A stretch of 64,000 nucleotides of DNA. Source: Patellaria atrata CBS 101060. Lineage: Eukaryota. The position numbers and the translations under genes are program-made. Location: contig MU006115.1 of NCBI GenBank assembly GCA_010093705.1, forward strand, positions 212,678 to 276,677, read 5' to 3'. Under the pieces are notes generated by a model that was not told the origin of the DNA, made no database searches, and was given only the letters and a program-made list of their open reading frames with translations. Position 1 is the first letter of the stretch. Each line of letters starts with the position of its first letter. This document shows positions 13,538 through 26,355 of this stretch, piece by piece.

Positions 13538-14180
13538 ATTGAGATTATGTCCACCAGGTAACGTGATATAGAGACAGTAACAGATCTGAATCGGAAGATA
13601 TCACTGGCACGGTACTGTGAAAATTCAAGAATTACCAGACACTATCTGCTGAGTCCTATCGTTTGACGATGCGACTGCAGACTTTATACCTCGTAAGATA
13701 CGGGCGATATAATAACCTCGACGTACATGAAACAATTCTAAGTTTGAAACAAGTGTGTTGCTATTCGTACTCATGTTAGATAAACATAATTTTGTTCCAA
13801 TTGTAGCCAAGGAGAGAGTCCACTTGGAAAGGGGGTTATCCTCTACCGCATTTATTCCTAAAGCATGATGTACAACGCGTCTGATCCCAATCACCATGGA
13901 CTCGGGAAAAGAATGTGTTTGATAAACAACGTATTGGCCTCAGCAAATCAATTCTTTAGTTGACCATATAAGAAGTATTTCATTCAAACAATGAATAGAG
14001 AGATCGGGTATAGATGATAAGAAAATCTGATATCCTACATCATTGGGGTCATGAGGCGCTCAAAATTAAAAGATTCGCGGGTTTAGAAATTAGGACAAAA
14101 GACATACAAGAGCAAGCGTATATTCTAACAAGAGGAGGGAATTGCGTTGTATGCTACTCTATCTAGGTAGGCACAGCATT

Positions 14181-15180
14181 TCACAAAACAGCTCGCATAA
14201 ACACCAAAACGGAAGCTAGAAGCAATGGGAAAGTATGCACATATATTGCAGGTACAAGAACAGTTCCCCCAGAATTTTTGTCTCCCTCAGTAACTTGGTT
14301 CCTAGTGCTTTCCATAGTTTTCATACATGTAAGACTGATATCAACGTTGGATAGCAACCCATCGGACGCATTTAAAGAGGGATAGAAGATAGTCATTACG
14401 GGGGTGATTGCTTCTAGAACAGGCCTTGTGTCCTCCACGGCCCATGCCACTAGAGTCTGCTGGTAGCTTTGAACGAGAGCTAGTTCGTGATCATTACCTG
14501 TAGTTGGCCAGCAACTCTCCCGGTGAACTTTGACAGGGCCTGAAGGACCTGTGAGTTCTGCAGAAATATTAGAATATTTTCCTGGTTAGCACTCTGCTAG
14601 AAGACTCACGTCGAGCAATTACTGTTCCCCAATCCAGCGACTGCCCTGGAACGCAAGAATCCGTAGCAGCATGATGTAAGGTTCTTTGGAGACTATCACA
14701 TATAACGGACTCTTCATCTTGGTTGGTCGTGAGGTTCCTTGCATCCGTTCGTGCCTGTGCTATCAAATCGTTCACGCAATCCGGGGTAAGTGCATCGTCG
14801 CAAGTCCCGACGCTGCTCTCGAATCTGCTCCCAGGAAATTTGAGTCTTGGAGCTATTCCTTCGAAGAAGAGAGCACATCCGTGCACCCCTGACTCGTCGA
14901 GATTTACGGAATTCGGTGTCCCGAGAAGATAACTCCGATCTATCACTGCGGAGGAGTTGTCGGATTCGGGAAGGCTTTGGATGCCAACTGTCCAAGTAAA
15001 TGGCTTGTCTGATAAAGAAGTGATGAATGAGGCTATTCCGACCTCCCGTAATGTCGCATTGCCAACTGTGCATTCGGTATGACCGTAGTCGTTAACTGGA
15101 CAGCCGACCGCATTACAACTTATGAGTTACGCGCGCAGCGAACTGAATAGAAGACTCATCAGGACTACTACAGCGGACAT
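14181..15180 (-). pseudogene. Cys-rich secreted, probably GPI-anchored protein with one premature TAA
   Basis: MSAVVVLMSLLFSSLRA*LISCNAVGCP...; TAA at 15127-15129. The frame is otherwise open through one intron (about 14610-14560) to a hydrophobic C-terminus (NSGG..LLLASVLVFMRAVL). Confidence 0.75.
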
Positions 15181-16927
15181 CTTGCAGCACTAGGTCGTAG
15201 TTGTCATAATTCTTATGCACTGGATGAGGATGAGGAGATCGAAGTCTTGGGGTTGTGTGCAGTCGATGTTATTGAACGTGGCATCCAAGAATGAGATTAA
15301 CGAGATTCGAATCACGTAGAGACGTGGAACAAGGACTCTACCTTTGATTTATCTTCCCACGCCAGACAGAAGTTTGACGTATGGATCAAAGTTAACATAT
15401 GGCTCGGTTTGCGCATAATACCCCATGCTATATTGAAACATGACGAGTCCTCCAGACCATACAAAAAGTTCGAGTCCAACGATCTAGTGCAAACACTTAC
15501 ATTAACGTGTGATCAAACATATAGTTTTCTCCACTAACCTTGTAACAGTCTTTTTTTTCGGAACTTGTGTATCAACAATGAGGACTATTGCGGTTGGTGC
15601 CACGATATTCTCAGGGTAAATACGCTTCCACGGCATCCTCAGCTAATCGAGGGGTTATACTTACGAGTTGACCTGCACTTCGACAGTATATTGCTATAGT
15701 AGTAGTTAGCTATAAGATCACTTTAAGACGCGGTGATAGGGCTAACGGAGCAAGATATTTTCGCGTTCTGATTGTTGGGATGGACCACATAAGGAATTAT
15801 GCTTCCGTTACCTAGTCTCACATGGTTACATGATAATCTCCATGAGGGTGAGCTCCTATACAAACTTGAGTTGACGCTCCACCGCATGTTGAAGAAGGTT
15901 CAAAGATGATTGTATCACTCGAATCAATCACATTTGCTGTTCCGGGGTTCAAAAATATGGTGTTGGAATAAGGAGAGGTGGCCTGTGCTTGCGACTCGAT
16001 CCGGTATAGGTCCGGTTGGTTTATGGGAAGAGTTCATACCTCATAACTTACATTTGTACGGACTGTTGAATGTTCCTACTACTCTTAGCTAACTAGCTTC
16101 AGTTGTCTGTATAGAGTAGCTCTCTTCTGTACCACTTTTTACAGTGGCTTTTCGTACATTTCGTCTTTTCCATGGAAGAGTCGAAGACGGATCCTAGAAT
16201 CTCAGAACTAGGTGTGAGTGTACAAAAAGTGCAACGGGCGAAGGATAATGCTGAATCAAGCGCAAAACCATCATATAGTAAAAGACCAAACAACATGGAG
16301 AACTATAGAACTAACCTAGCAATCAACTACCTTGCCAACCTTTTACCTTTTTGCGTTGTATATCCCGAGCTTATACCACCTTGCACCATAGGAGTACTGA
16401 GTAACTCCATGCGATTGTGAACTCAAGTCTATAGGCTATAGCATATCTGAAAAAGGAACCGATCTTGAGGGGATGCTCTCGAGACTGGCGAATCCCTGTT
16501 GAGCATGTTTGATCAAACAACTTTTACTATATTGATACATGATAGCATAGGAGAATTTCTTGATCAGAATGCGGAAGACGGAAATGATTGGTAGAATGAT
16601 ACGTTAACTTTATAAAGGTATATGGACCTCTCGGATTCTTCTTTATCAGTTTTACACTCATTATCCCTTCATAAACACCCAGTACTCAACCAACACACGT
16701 CAAGCACTTACATCACTCTTTAAGCACTTATCAACGCTCGCTATAGACTGATTAAGTCAGTACTAATCTTGGGAATTCGGCACAGCTGTGAGCGATCATC
16801 GTTCCTACCCACTCTAACTACTGTTATTATCTGTTTGTATGATACCAGCGTATCTAATACCACCTCCATGGATGTAAAGCTGACATGATAAGAAGATCAA
16901 ATTAACCAAATCCGTAAGAAGTATAAA

Positions 16928-18004
16928 ATGGCTAGCGCAATTGTCTCGATCGGAGCTGCTTTTCTTACTATCATTCCTATCGCAATGGATTTGTTTCCTC
17001 CAAAGCAAGAACTCAAGACGACTGTTCGAATTGGTGCTGGGCTAAGCTAAAATTCAGATGCAAACACGCAAGGGGACACGCCTGGCATTCGTCTCTTCGA
17101 TGTGATGGGCCGCCACATCGGCTCCCATCGCGGTAGCAAGAGCAACATTCAAGATGGGAGCTTTCTTGACGTTGAAGTTTCACACGATACGGAAGGTGAT
17201 ACTAGACAGGCCGAATATCTTTCTGTGTCAAAAGGTGGGGACGATGCATTGTGCATCGCCTACATTACCGTGACTTGGCCAGATGGCGGACAGCGGTCGT
17301 GGATGGGCGATGTGGGTAAGAAATGTGGCTCTCATTGGTATCCATCTCATACTATCGTCGATGGTTATGACTCCAAACCAGCGTGCATGTGGATTGATGG
17401 TGATCAGAGCTACGGAATTCTCACAGAAGGCTTCGGTGTGCATATTACCGACTTTACTCCAACCCAGGAACGAGTCGACGCATATAACGAGAATCCAGAC
17501 CTGATATGTAAAAGTAAACCTAGGTTCCATATCTATGACGACCTTACATCAGACATGTACCTCCCGTTCTTCAATCCTCCTTTAGAGTACGAGCCCGGCA
17601 CCCTCCTTGATATAGATACTTCTAAGGTATTCGTTGATGGGGATTCAACAGGATCTTTGCCCCCTAAGAAACGCTCAACGCCTATCCAGCGTCGAAACGG
17701 AACGATATCAAGCAATAACTTCATGAGAAATCGGCTAGTATCAAGCAGAGATCCAAGCCAGAGTGCTCGAGAGCTCTGTGATAGCCCGACATCCTTTGGT
17801 CCAGATTTTGTCAGTTACGCAGAAGGCGTCTTTTGTGACATGCTTACAAAGGAGCTCTGGCCTTTGTGCAGTGAGCAGCATAGAGCGGCATGCTTCGACA
17901 CAAACACAAAGACAATGAGACCTGGTATGGGAATTCGGGGCCGCGATGGGTCGAGCGGGCGAGAGGTGCCTGAGAAGTCCTACGACAGGACCGACGAGTG
18001 GTAA
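16928..18004 (+). pseudogene. Cys-rich fungal secreted-family protein with one premature TAA
   Basis: MASAIVSIGAAFLTIIPIAMDLFP..TTVRIGAGLS*NSDANTQGDTP is in frame with the 300-aa ORF 17102-18004 (DALCIAYITVTWPDG, WYPS, CMWIDGD, SARELCDSPTSFGPDFVS..EGVFCDM..LWPLC). TAA at 17048-17050. Confidence 0.75.
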
Positions 18005-18252
18005 TTCGCCGAGACCGGCAATGTGGGTCCGGAAGAAACTGTAACGTCGCTTTGTTTGCTCTAGGCTCTTAATATCGTCTATCAATCTCTTCCGTTCTAC
18101 CGCTCCATTCACTTATATTCCAGTTTGAAACCATTTTGACTTTCACGTCTCTGGAATACATTCCGTTATTAGTTCTATGGGTAGCCAGGTGACCGCTCTG
18201 AACTCGAGATTTCGATTTTATATCACCCATAGTCTTACCTTTGTATATTGAA

Positions 18253-19492
18253 CTAGTATTTCCCAACCCACCACCAAGTCTTTGGATCCATGAGAATGCC
18301 GCTGCATAGTGGGGGAGTGCTCGAAATGGAATCCAAAGGTTCAGAATCTATAGGGTCTGTCACTAAGTCTCGTAGTATTCGAATAATGTCATCTTTACCA
18401 CTCTTCATACTAGATGCGTAGAAAAGTGGACTATCTTTCGGATTCTCTGGATTCAGCGGCACCCCAACCTCTTCAAGCATCGTACCATTGGCTCGATTCC
18501 TCTTGTGATAGCTTCCTGCATGGCGCTCATTCCAAGTGTACAGGGTTCTCTGCCTCGGAAGGGTATGTCGAGAGAAGCGCCATGTTGAATAAGGAAAGGG
18601 ATCATTCGTACCTGCCCGTAACTTGCTACGGCGCTCAGTATGGCTGCATCAATCTCTATTTCGGTATTCAATTCGCTGTTCAATTTTTTCGATAAGCTAT
18701 TAACATCACGGAAGCTTCTTTATGGTTATTTATAACGGCTAAACGTAACGCCCATTCAATATTGATCTTTCGGACCTTTCCGTCAGTTTCATCTAAGTAA
18801 TAGAGTAGCCACCGTCTCGGTACGGTTACAGCTCGCAGCAAGTTGGAGAGCGGAGCTGACTCGCTTTGATCTTTCGCAGTCAGCTATATTGAGTCCCAGA
18901 GCATGGAGGTTCAATATAACATCGTTTTTGACACGTAGTACTGCAGACCGCAGTGCTTTTGGCCCTGACGTTTCGATGTTGATTGATCTTGAGAGTACGT
19001 CCTTAAACAGTTTCTCGAGTTCAAGTCTTTCCTTCTTCTCCCTTTCCAATAAGGTCAATACAAGTTCAACTTTATCTGTGGATGTTGGGAACTCTGGAGA
19101 TGAAAACCTCTGAAGGGAGGAAGTCATTCGGCAGAGTGTACGTAAGCGGTCATCCTCGGGGATGTTTTACTCGTCGAATCCGAGACGATCAGCCTATCCG
19201 CGAACAAAGATCGAGGCCTTTTTAATACTGAATCTTACCTACTTTCCCTTGTCGCGGTATTCTTCGAGACCCACGAGTTCACGTTCGAAGATTGCGTTAT
19301 CGATTTCGTTGAGGAAGGATTCTATTTAGTTGAATTAGACAATCACAAATGAGTTATCTGTGCGCTTTGCTACTCACTATTCACCGTGCGTACCCGTAAA
19401 GCTTTGTAAATTCCAGATCTGTAGATGTACTGATCGATAATCAGGGAGAACACTTCTTTCGGTAAGTTGAGCAAATTTCCCGGCTTGCTCAT
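18253..19492 (-). pseudogene. F-box-like/ankyrin-repeat protein, multiply frameshifted
   Basis: LLNLPKEVFSLII N-terminus with a GTGAGT donor. Ankyrin-like units SALQLAASCNRTETVATLL, WALRLAVINNHKE, AAILSAVASYGQVRMIPFLIQHGA and SPLFYA sit in three or more frames. Confidence 0.7.
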
Positions 19493-19825
19493 ATTTTCGG
19501 TTTGATGAACACTCAAGAAGGGAAAATATGACTGCTTAATAGTTCTAACAGGACTAGTCATTTAAATCGATTTTGGTGGTTCTTTATCCCAAGGAGCTCA
19601 GACCCTCTCTATGGAGGTTTTTTAGACTTGGTGCAACGACAACGCACCGCACTAAACATCCAAAACCTCTCGGAAAAGAGAGTTCTATGGCCAAAGTAGA
19701 TTCTTCCCGGGGTTGAAGCATAGTCACGACTCCAGTAACTTTGACTCATCGTCTAACAACGAGTTACCTTTAAGCTTGCTTGAAATCAATAACCATCAGT
19801 TCACGTTTACTTTTCGTAGTCGATA

Positions 19826-20588
19826 ATGGTATGTGAGCGGTGCAAATCTCTGGCCGGCGAGTGTTTAGACCAGACCGGTGAGGGGCCCAAGAGGTTTCAG
19901 TTCAAGGATAATTCACTCCTGCAGCCAAAGAATAGTGAAAAATACATTGGTCTATTTCTCTATTTAGGAATCCAGACGGTGAAGATGCGACTCTTGAATA
20001 CTATTGGTAGGCCAGAGTATTCCAGCGCTCTGAGCCGGAGGGATCCCCTTTGGTATGATAATCAAATCAAATTATACGAGCCGGGAAATTACCTAGTGGC
20101 GGATGACTACGAGGAGATTTCGTTGGAAATAGGGGGATCAATACGCGTTAGGAAAAGCACCCAAAGGATATCCCGCCACCAGTAGTAGGGGATTTGACAC
20201 GTTCCGACGGGTACGACTCTGGGCCGACGTCTGTCTTATACACCACGCTGGTTGTAAGAGAGATTTGGAAACGATACTACCAAAGCGAGTTTTAAATGTA
20301 AGCAATGCTGATACTGAAGCGGAGTCTTACCTAGCTAAAATAGATGGGAGGCTCGGTACCATATGTTTGATTGAGCCATTTCTCGGGAGATTATCGACCG
20401 ATGGTAACGAGAGAAAACTTACAGGACCTAAGGGGTTGGATATCCAATTTTATCTCCTAGTACGCTATATTTTGCTATATTCTGCCCATGAGAAAATGTT
20501 CTGGGACTGTAGAAGAGATATCAAGTCTGAGATGACACCGACATTGAGGTCAATATCGCGATATAGAGTCAGATGGGAAACTTATTGA
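19826..20588 (+). pseudogene. Eroded HET-domain gene remnant
   Basis: MVCERC start, LPKRVLNV (compare LPTRVIDV) and MFWDC (compare MYWQC). The intervening core is deleted or frameshifted. Confidence 0.5.
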
Positions 20589-20705
20589 TATTAAGCGTAT
20601 AGTAGGCGAGGAATGCTCAGATAGGGCTAAAGTAGAAGGGATAACGATTGTCCCTTAAATTGTAAATTAGCTGAATGATTGGCCATGGTGTAATTTCGCA
20701 CATCT

Positions 20706-21538
20706 TCAACCTCCCAGACTACCCTCCATTCGATGTTTCTCTTTCAATTTTTTCTCTGTTCTCATAAACTCTCTGATCCCCACCGGAATACCCTCGAATA
20801 TATCTCCCTTCTTACCACTACCTCCTACGTTCAATGCCCCTGCATCCCAATTTGTCTCACTTCCACCACCATCATCGTCCATGCTCGAGGCAACATGTTG
20901 CGGCATACCGGCTGTTTCCTCTTGCCCGTCTCTTCTGTGCTTTTTCTGATTTTGCCTCTCCCTTTGCGCATCTAACCTCGCTCTTGCTTGAGCACTGACT
21001 GCAGCCCACACTTCTAACTCGTCTCGGTAATTGTCCCAAACACAATTGACGCAACCGCTCATGCAGCAATTGTCCGGCTCTGTCGGCCTGGGTGGGACCA
21101 TAATTCCCGCAATGTTGGTACTCGCTGCTTCCAACTGAGCTCGACGTTCCGAGGGGCCAGCAAGACGCGACCCGAAGACTATACGTGCGCGCTCGAGAGT
21201 GCGTTCTTTTTCCGTTTTAGGTAGCTCATCAGGGGGCGGCGGAGCGGGTTGAGTACGAGTCCCGGGTTGTGTTTTCGGTATTGGCTTCTCGAGAAGATCT
21301 AATATTATTAATGGAGAACAAATAGAAGCTTGGAGAGAGAGATGAATTTGAACGTACCTTCGTAGAAGCCGGTAAGAGGTTGTGCTTGCGTACCCGGTTT
21401 GGCGATGTGCTGATAGCGGCGTTGTGATACACTGACATTGCTAGGATATAAGGGATTGCGACGCCCTAGATTTCGCATACATCGCGGACATATGCTGCTA
21501 AAAAGTCTAGGAGGTATTCTGCCTACAATTAGGTCCAT
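20706..21538 (-). CDS. Mitochondrial oxidoreductase-like domain protein (OXLD1/UPF0651 family), 2 exons
   Basis: PPRPTEPDNCCMSGCVNCVWD and IPVGIREFMRTEKKL, with an Arg-rich presequence. Intron 21357-21299. Confidence 0.85.
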
Positions 21539-22619
21539 TGAAAATTTATAGATATTATGGGATATGCGCAAGTGGTGTAAGTTAATGTGAAGTTTCCTGA
21601 TACAACGTCATTGTTTCCGCGCCTAGTCGCTTCCAAGCTGCGGAACAGGGGGGAGGATCTCTTCTCGTCTACACTCAACTTTAAAGTAACAGTCCCCATA
21701 TAAATTAAAGAAAAAAAAAGCAAAACAGTTCCCACCCGCTCCCCACGGGGAGACCTATGGAGCGGTGTGGTACTTCTGCTTGAGGGCATTATCCCTCCTC
21801 TAAGATTCGACCACTCGACCAATTGGTTTTGGCCTGATCGGTGTGGTGTGGGTTTCCCACCACTAGGCCGCGGGTCCCTGGAATATAGAAAGAAGTAACA
21901 GTTAATTTATTCATGAACTATAAGTAGAAGGGCCGTGTTTAGGGGGGCAAGGGGTGTCAAAATAACAGCTCCCTTATGGTATATTTAGTAGAAAGGAAGA
22001 GGAATCAAATTGATTATACAGTCCTTGTTGATGATTGATGCACCATAGTCACTCTGCGCTTGCTCTAGTTCTACTTCGTATGCTCACTGAATGCCGTCAA
22101 AGTATGGAAGTGTGGGATATCTACATACAATTTACGAATTTATTTTTAGAGTATGCATAGACTTATTTGTGATTGAAAGAATAACGCTTACTACAACTCA
22201 GTCAACCCTGACCAGAACTACGATATGGGAAGGGATGACGATGCATGATTGGGTCATGGGCGCATGAATCGCTGTTTCACATCTGATCGTCCTTTTCTAT
22301 CAGATCCACTCTTCAATGTCTTTATTCCAACCTCAATTCATTCCCTCTTAAAATAAATTTTTGCAAGTCAATCGTTTACTGAATAGCTTCCCATGCGGCC
22401 TTGTCACCAATTTCATCCTTGACACCCTTCTTTTACCCAATTCAAATATTCCTTTTGAACAGCGTCCCGTGCTTGATGCACCCCACATTCCTTCGCCCTA
22501 CTCAACTCCAACCTCCCTCTCGAGGTTTATATTGATTTACTCCCTTAGAGAGATTAACGAACACACTTTCTTCCACATACTGTCTGGACACCTCCAATTG
22601 CATTTCAATACATGCTCGA

Positions 22620-25399
22620 ATGAGTCCAACTACACCAACAAGCCAGAAGCATTTCTCTAGAGAGGGTTTTCATCAGCTCGACAAGTCCTCCTCTGCCATG
22701 GCTTCGAACGACGCCACCATGAACATACCCCTGGAGACTGTGGTCAGTCATACACCCTCTAAAGCAGGGTACTCAGAAAAAGGTGGATTGTTCCACAGAG
22801 GAATTAGGGGTAGGAGGCGATTGGCGAAGATAGATTCTAAGGGCAATACTGTCGATTACAAAAACGATGATGATCAAACATCGTTGAATCGTATGGGGGT
22901 AATATATTTCAAGATCTTGAATTTCAATATCATCACTCGTTACTTCATCTATGTCCTACCTCTCGCCCTAATCATTGCAATTCCTCTCATAATTGGGGCC
23001 ACCTCGGCACCAAATGCTAGAATCGGAGGAGTCAGGATGGTTTGGTTCTTTACCTGGTTCGAAATTGGTAGGTATTCACATGATTCAGTGCAGGAAATGA
23101 ATATACTAAGACTTGTTGCTAGTATGGTTGAGTCTATGGGTTGGCAAGATCATTGCACACTTCCTTCCCATGCTTTTCATGTTCCTTGCTGGTGTTGTGA
23201 GCGCTGGTACTCGCAAATACGCTCTTGTCATCAAGAAGTTGGAACTTCCCCTTTCTCTTCTACTATGGGCAATAACCTCTCTGGTCACACTAACACCTGT
23301 AAGATCCTACCCTTTGTTCTAGCTTTGCACAAAATCCTGATCCGTACAGATCATGACTCTTACACCTGGTGGAATACAAGGCGATCGTAACTGGCTTCGA
23401 GTGGTCAGATCATTACTTAGTGCTTCTGTAGCCGCAGCTTGTATCTTTCTCGCGGAGAGAGTGTTGATACAGTTGATTTCCATCAATTACCACCGCAAGC
23501 AGTTTGATTCCAAAATCAAAGACTCGAAACGTAATATACATTTACTCAGTCTCCTTTATGATGCCTCTAGAGCACTTTTTCCTGCGTACTGCAATGAATT
23601 TGCCGAAGAAGATTATATCATCAATGACACCCTTGGCATCAACAGTAAGAAAACTACAGGTTCCGCTACTCCTCTGAGATTGATCCACGACGTTGGTAGA
23701 TTCGGGGACAAAGTTACAGCCGGTACGTACTAATACAATATGCCCCTCCTTTGTACGATCTTGCATTGACACTCTGAAGCATTTGGCAATGTTGCATCGG
23801 AACTCGCGGGGAAGGAGGTGTTCCGACCTGATTCAGCTCACAGTATTGTTGTGGAAGCATTAGAAAAGAATAGGTCCGCAGAAGCACTGGCGAAACGTCT
23901 ATGGATGAGCTTCGTAGTCGAAGGCAAAAATGCTCTTTATAAAGAGGATATCATTGAGGTACTTGGAGCTAGCCGCCAGGCTGAAGCAGAAGAGTGCTTC
24001 TCGGCTATTGACAGAGACGGAAATGGAGACATCAGTCTTGATGAAATGATTATGGCTGTAGCCGAATTTGGGCGAGAACGCAAGTCTATCTCAAACAGTA
24101 TGCATGACGTAGATCAAGCGATCCGCGTGCTGGACGGTCTCTTGAATACCATCGTTTTTATTATGGTAGTCTTCGTCTTTGGTGAGTATCTGCACTTAAC
24201 AGAAGAAGTGAAACTATGCTCACCTTCATACAGTTGCATTCCTTAACCGCAATTTCGTTACTACCCTTGCAACTGCTGGTACCGCGTTACTATCCTTATC
24301 ATTCATATTCGCTGGTACATGTCAAGAAGTTCTGGGCTCTTGTATCTTCCTATTTGTAAAGCATCCGTTCGACATTGGGGATAGAGTAGATCTTGGAGTC
24401 GACCAACTTACAGTGGAACACATTTCTCTTCTGTTCACGCAATTCAAACGTGTCAACACTGGTAAGATGGTTCAGATCCCCAATATCGTCCTCAACGGCC
24501 TATGGGTTGAAAACGTCAGCCGAAGCAAGTCAATGCGCGAGCAGATCTATATCTTCGTCAACTTCGATACATCATTCGAGGATATCAAGGCACTGAAGGC
24601 GGAGCTCCAAAACTTTGTTCTGGACAAGGAAAACAACAGAGACTTCCAACCAGAGATAGAAGTGGAGGTGACTGGCATCGCTGAGATGAACAAGTTAGAA
24701 CTGCGCGCCGAAATTCGCCACAAGAGCAACTGGGCCAACGAAACCGTACGCGCGGCTCGTCGATCGAAATTCATGTGCGCCCTGGTTTTAGCACTTCGAA
24801 AGATTCCGGTCTACGGTCCTGGAGGTGGTGATGCTGCCCTAGGAGACATTGGGAAGCCTAGCTTCTCTGTCTTGGTCAGTGCTGCAGAAGCGCAGAAGTA
24901 CCGCGACGAGTATGCGGCAAACAAAGAAGCCAAGCGGCTATATCCAACAAAGAAACCAGAGAGCCCTGAAAACGATAACCAAAGTGGAGTTAGCGGCATC
25001 GATTACCTAGGCGGACGTAGAGAAGGCAGGGCAGTCGAGACCCTTAATGCTCGTTCTCCGGCAACCGACTTTGCACGCGACAACGTCTGGACGCTCAGGG
25101 ACGACGCGAACGCGATCGGTCGGCCGAATACGGAGAACAGACCGGATCTAGATGAAGTAAGGGTACTTCTCAGAGCGGCGAGTACGAGTGGTAAACGTAG
25201 GTCTCCAGAACCGATGTCACCGCTTCCCAATATCGCCGAACCCTCGGCATCCGTTTACCACAGTCCAAGCCCGGGTCCGTATGGTTATATAACGGGCTCT
25301 CGCGCGTTGACGCAGCCAACTCCACCGACTAGGAGGCCGGTGCCCGGTAATGCTTTTGCTCAGCCGCCATATCCGGGTGGGCAGCAACGGGTTCCTTAG
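22620..25399 (+). CDS. MscS-like mechanosensitive ion channel with EF-hand (Msy1/Msy2 type), multi-exon
   Basis: Multiple TM segments, LIQLISINYHRKQF, EF-hand DRDGNGDISLDE, FLFVKHPFDIGDRV, VQIPN..VENVSRS and HKSNWANETVRAARRSKFMCALV. Confidence 0.93.
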
Positions 25400-26355
25400 G
25401 ACCTGGTGGAAAGTTGGTTGAATGAATTTCTTTCTAGGTTTAATACATCGGCAATAAAAATTTCTTTATTTCGGTCTGGGAACATCGGTGGCTTATTTGA
25501 AGCAAGGAATATGGCGTAGGATTTTGGGATCAAGCAGGATGGCCTGGGACATGCGTTTGTGTTGGCGACGAATATTAAGATGATAGACTCGTAGATGAGT
25601 ATATGTATAATAGTAGGCGGGTCCAGCCATCTTATCCGCCATATCAATCGGAATATGGAAGATTAGACAAAACATGGCTATAATTTTACTCTATTGTGCA
25701 CCGTTTTCACCATTTCGCGTCTATCACACCCTCACTGGACCTCCCTAAAAAATTGTTCAGAATTCACCCCCTTTGCATAGTTTTCAGGCAACTTGAGCGA
25801 TACACGAGGATCCGATAGAGAACGTCAGAGTATGAAACTGTCTATTTCTGTGGATGCCTTGCATCTACTAGATGGCAGATGTACCTTACGCCTGGTAGAG
25901 CTGGTACATCTTTGATGGCGATATTCTGTACATACGGTAAGGGAGGGATGGAGTAATATAAAGAGTCACGTCACCCAGGACGCTTAAATCCCTGATCTCT
26001 TAAATATAGCTATAAAGTAAACCGGTAAGTTGATAGCAGAGGGCAAACACAGGAATCACCAGGTATTATCAATCCTCCTAGGTAGAGCACAAGGCATAAC
26101 AACTGCAACTTCACTCACAGGCGCTTCTGTATCATGACACAACATTTCATTTCGTTTCTGTTCAATTCAATCATAGAATCATCACCGTATTACTATACAA
26201 AGCCACATATTTCATTTTCCTAGTTTCCACCATCCCACGTCCACATTCCGAACAGAGGCAAACAAACCGCCTCATCATCCACAAAAGCAAACTCCACACC
26301 CATTTTTCAGCAACATCAACACCAGACTAGGCCAATCCAGTCACAAGTCCCAGAC

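Noticed and set aside
15910..16092. GLWEEFIPHNL, resembling the HET-associated GLW motif
   Set aside because: Too short, with no flanking HET motifs.
14181..18004. Genome-wide TAA-to-Gln code reassignment
   Set aside because: TAA is a normal terminator in intact genes here (AA9, ABC1 kinase), and no suppressor tRNA is present in the window.
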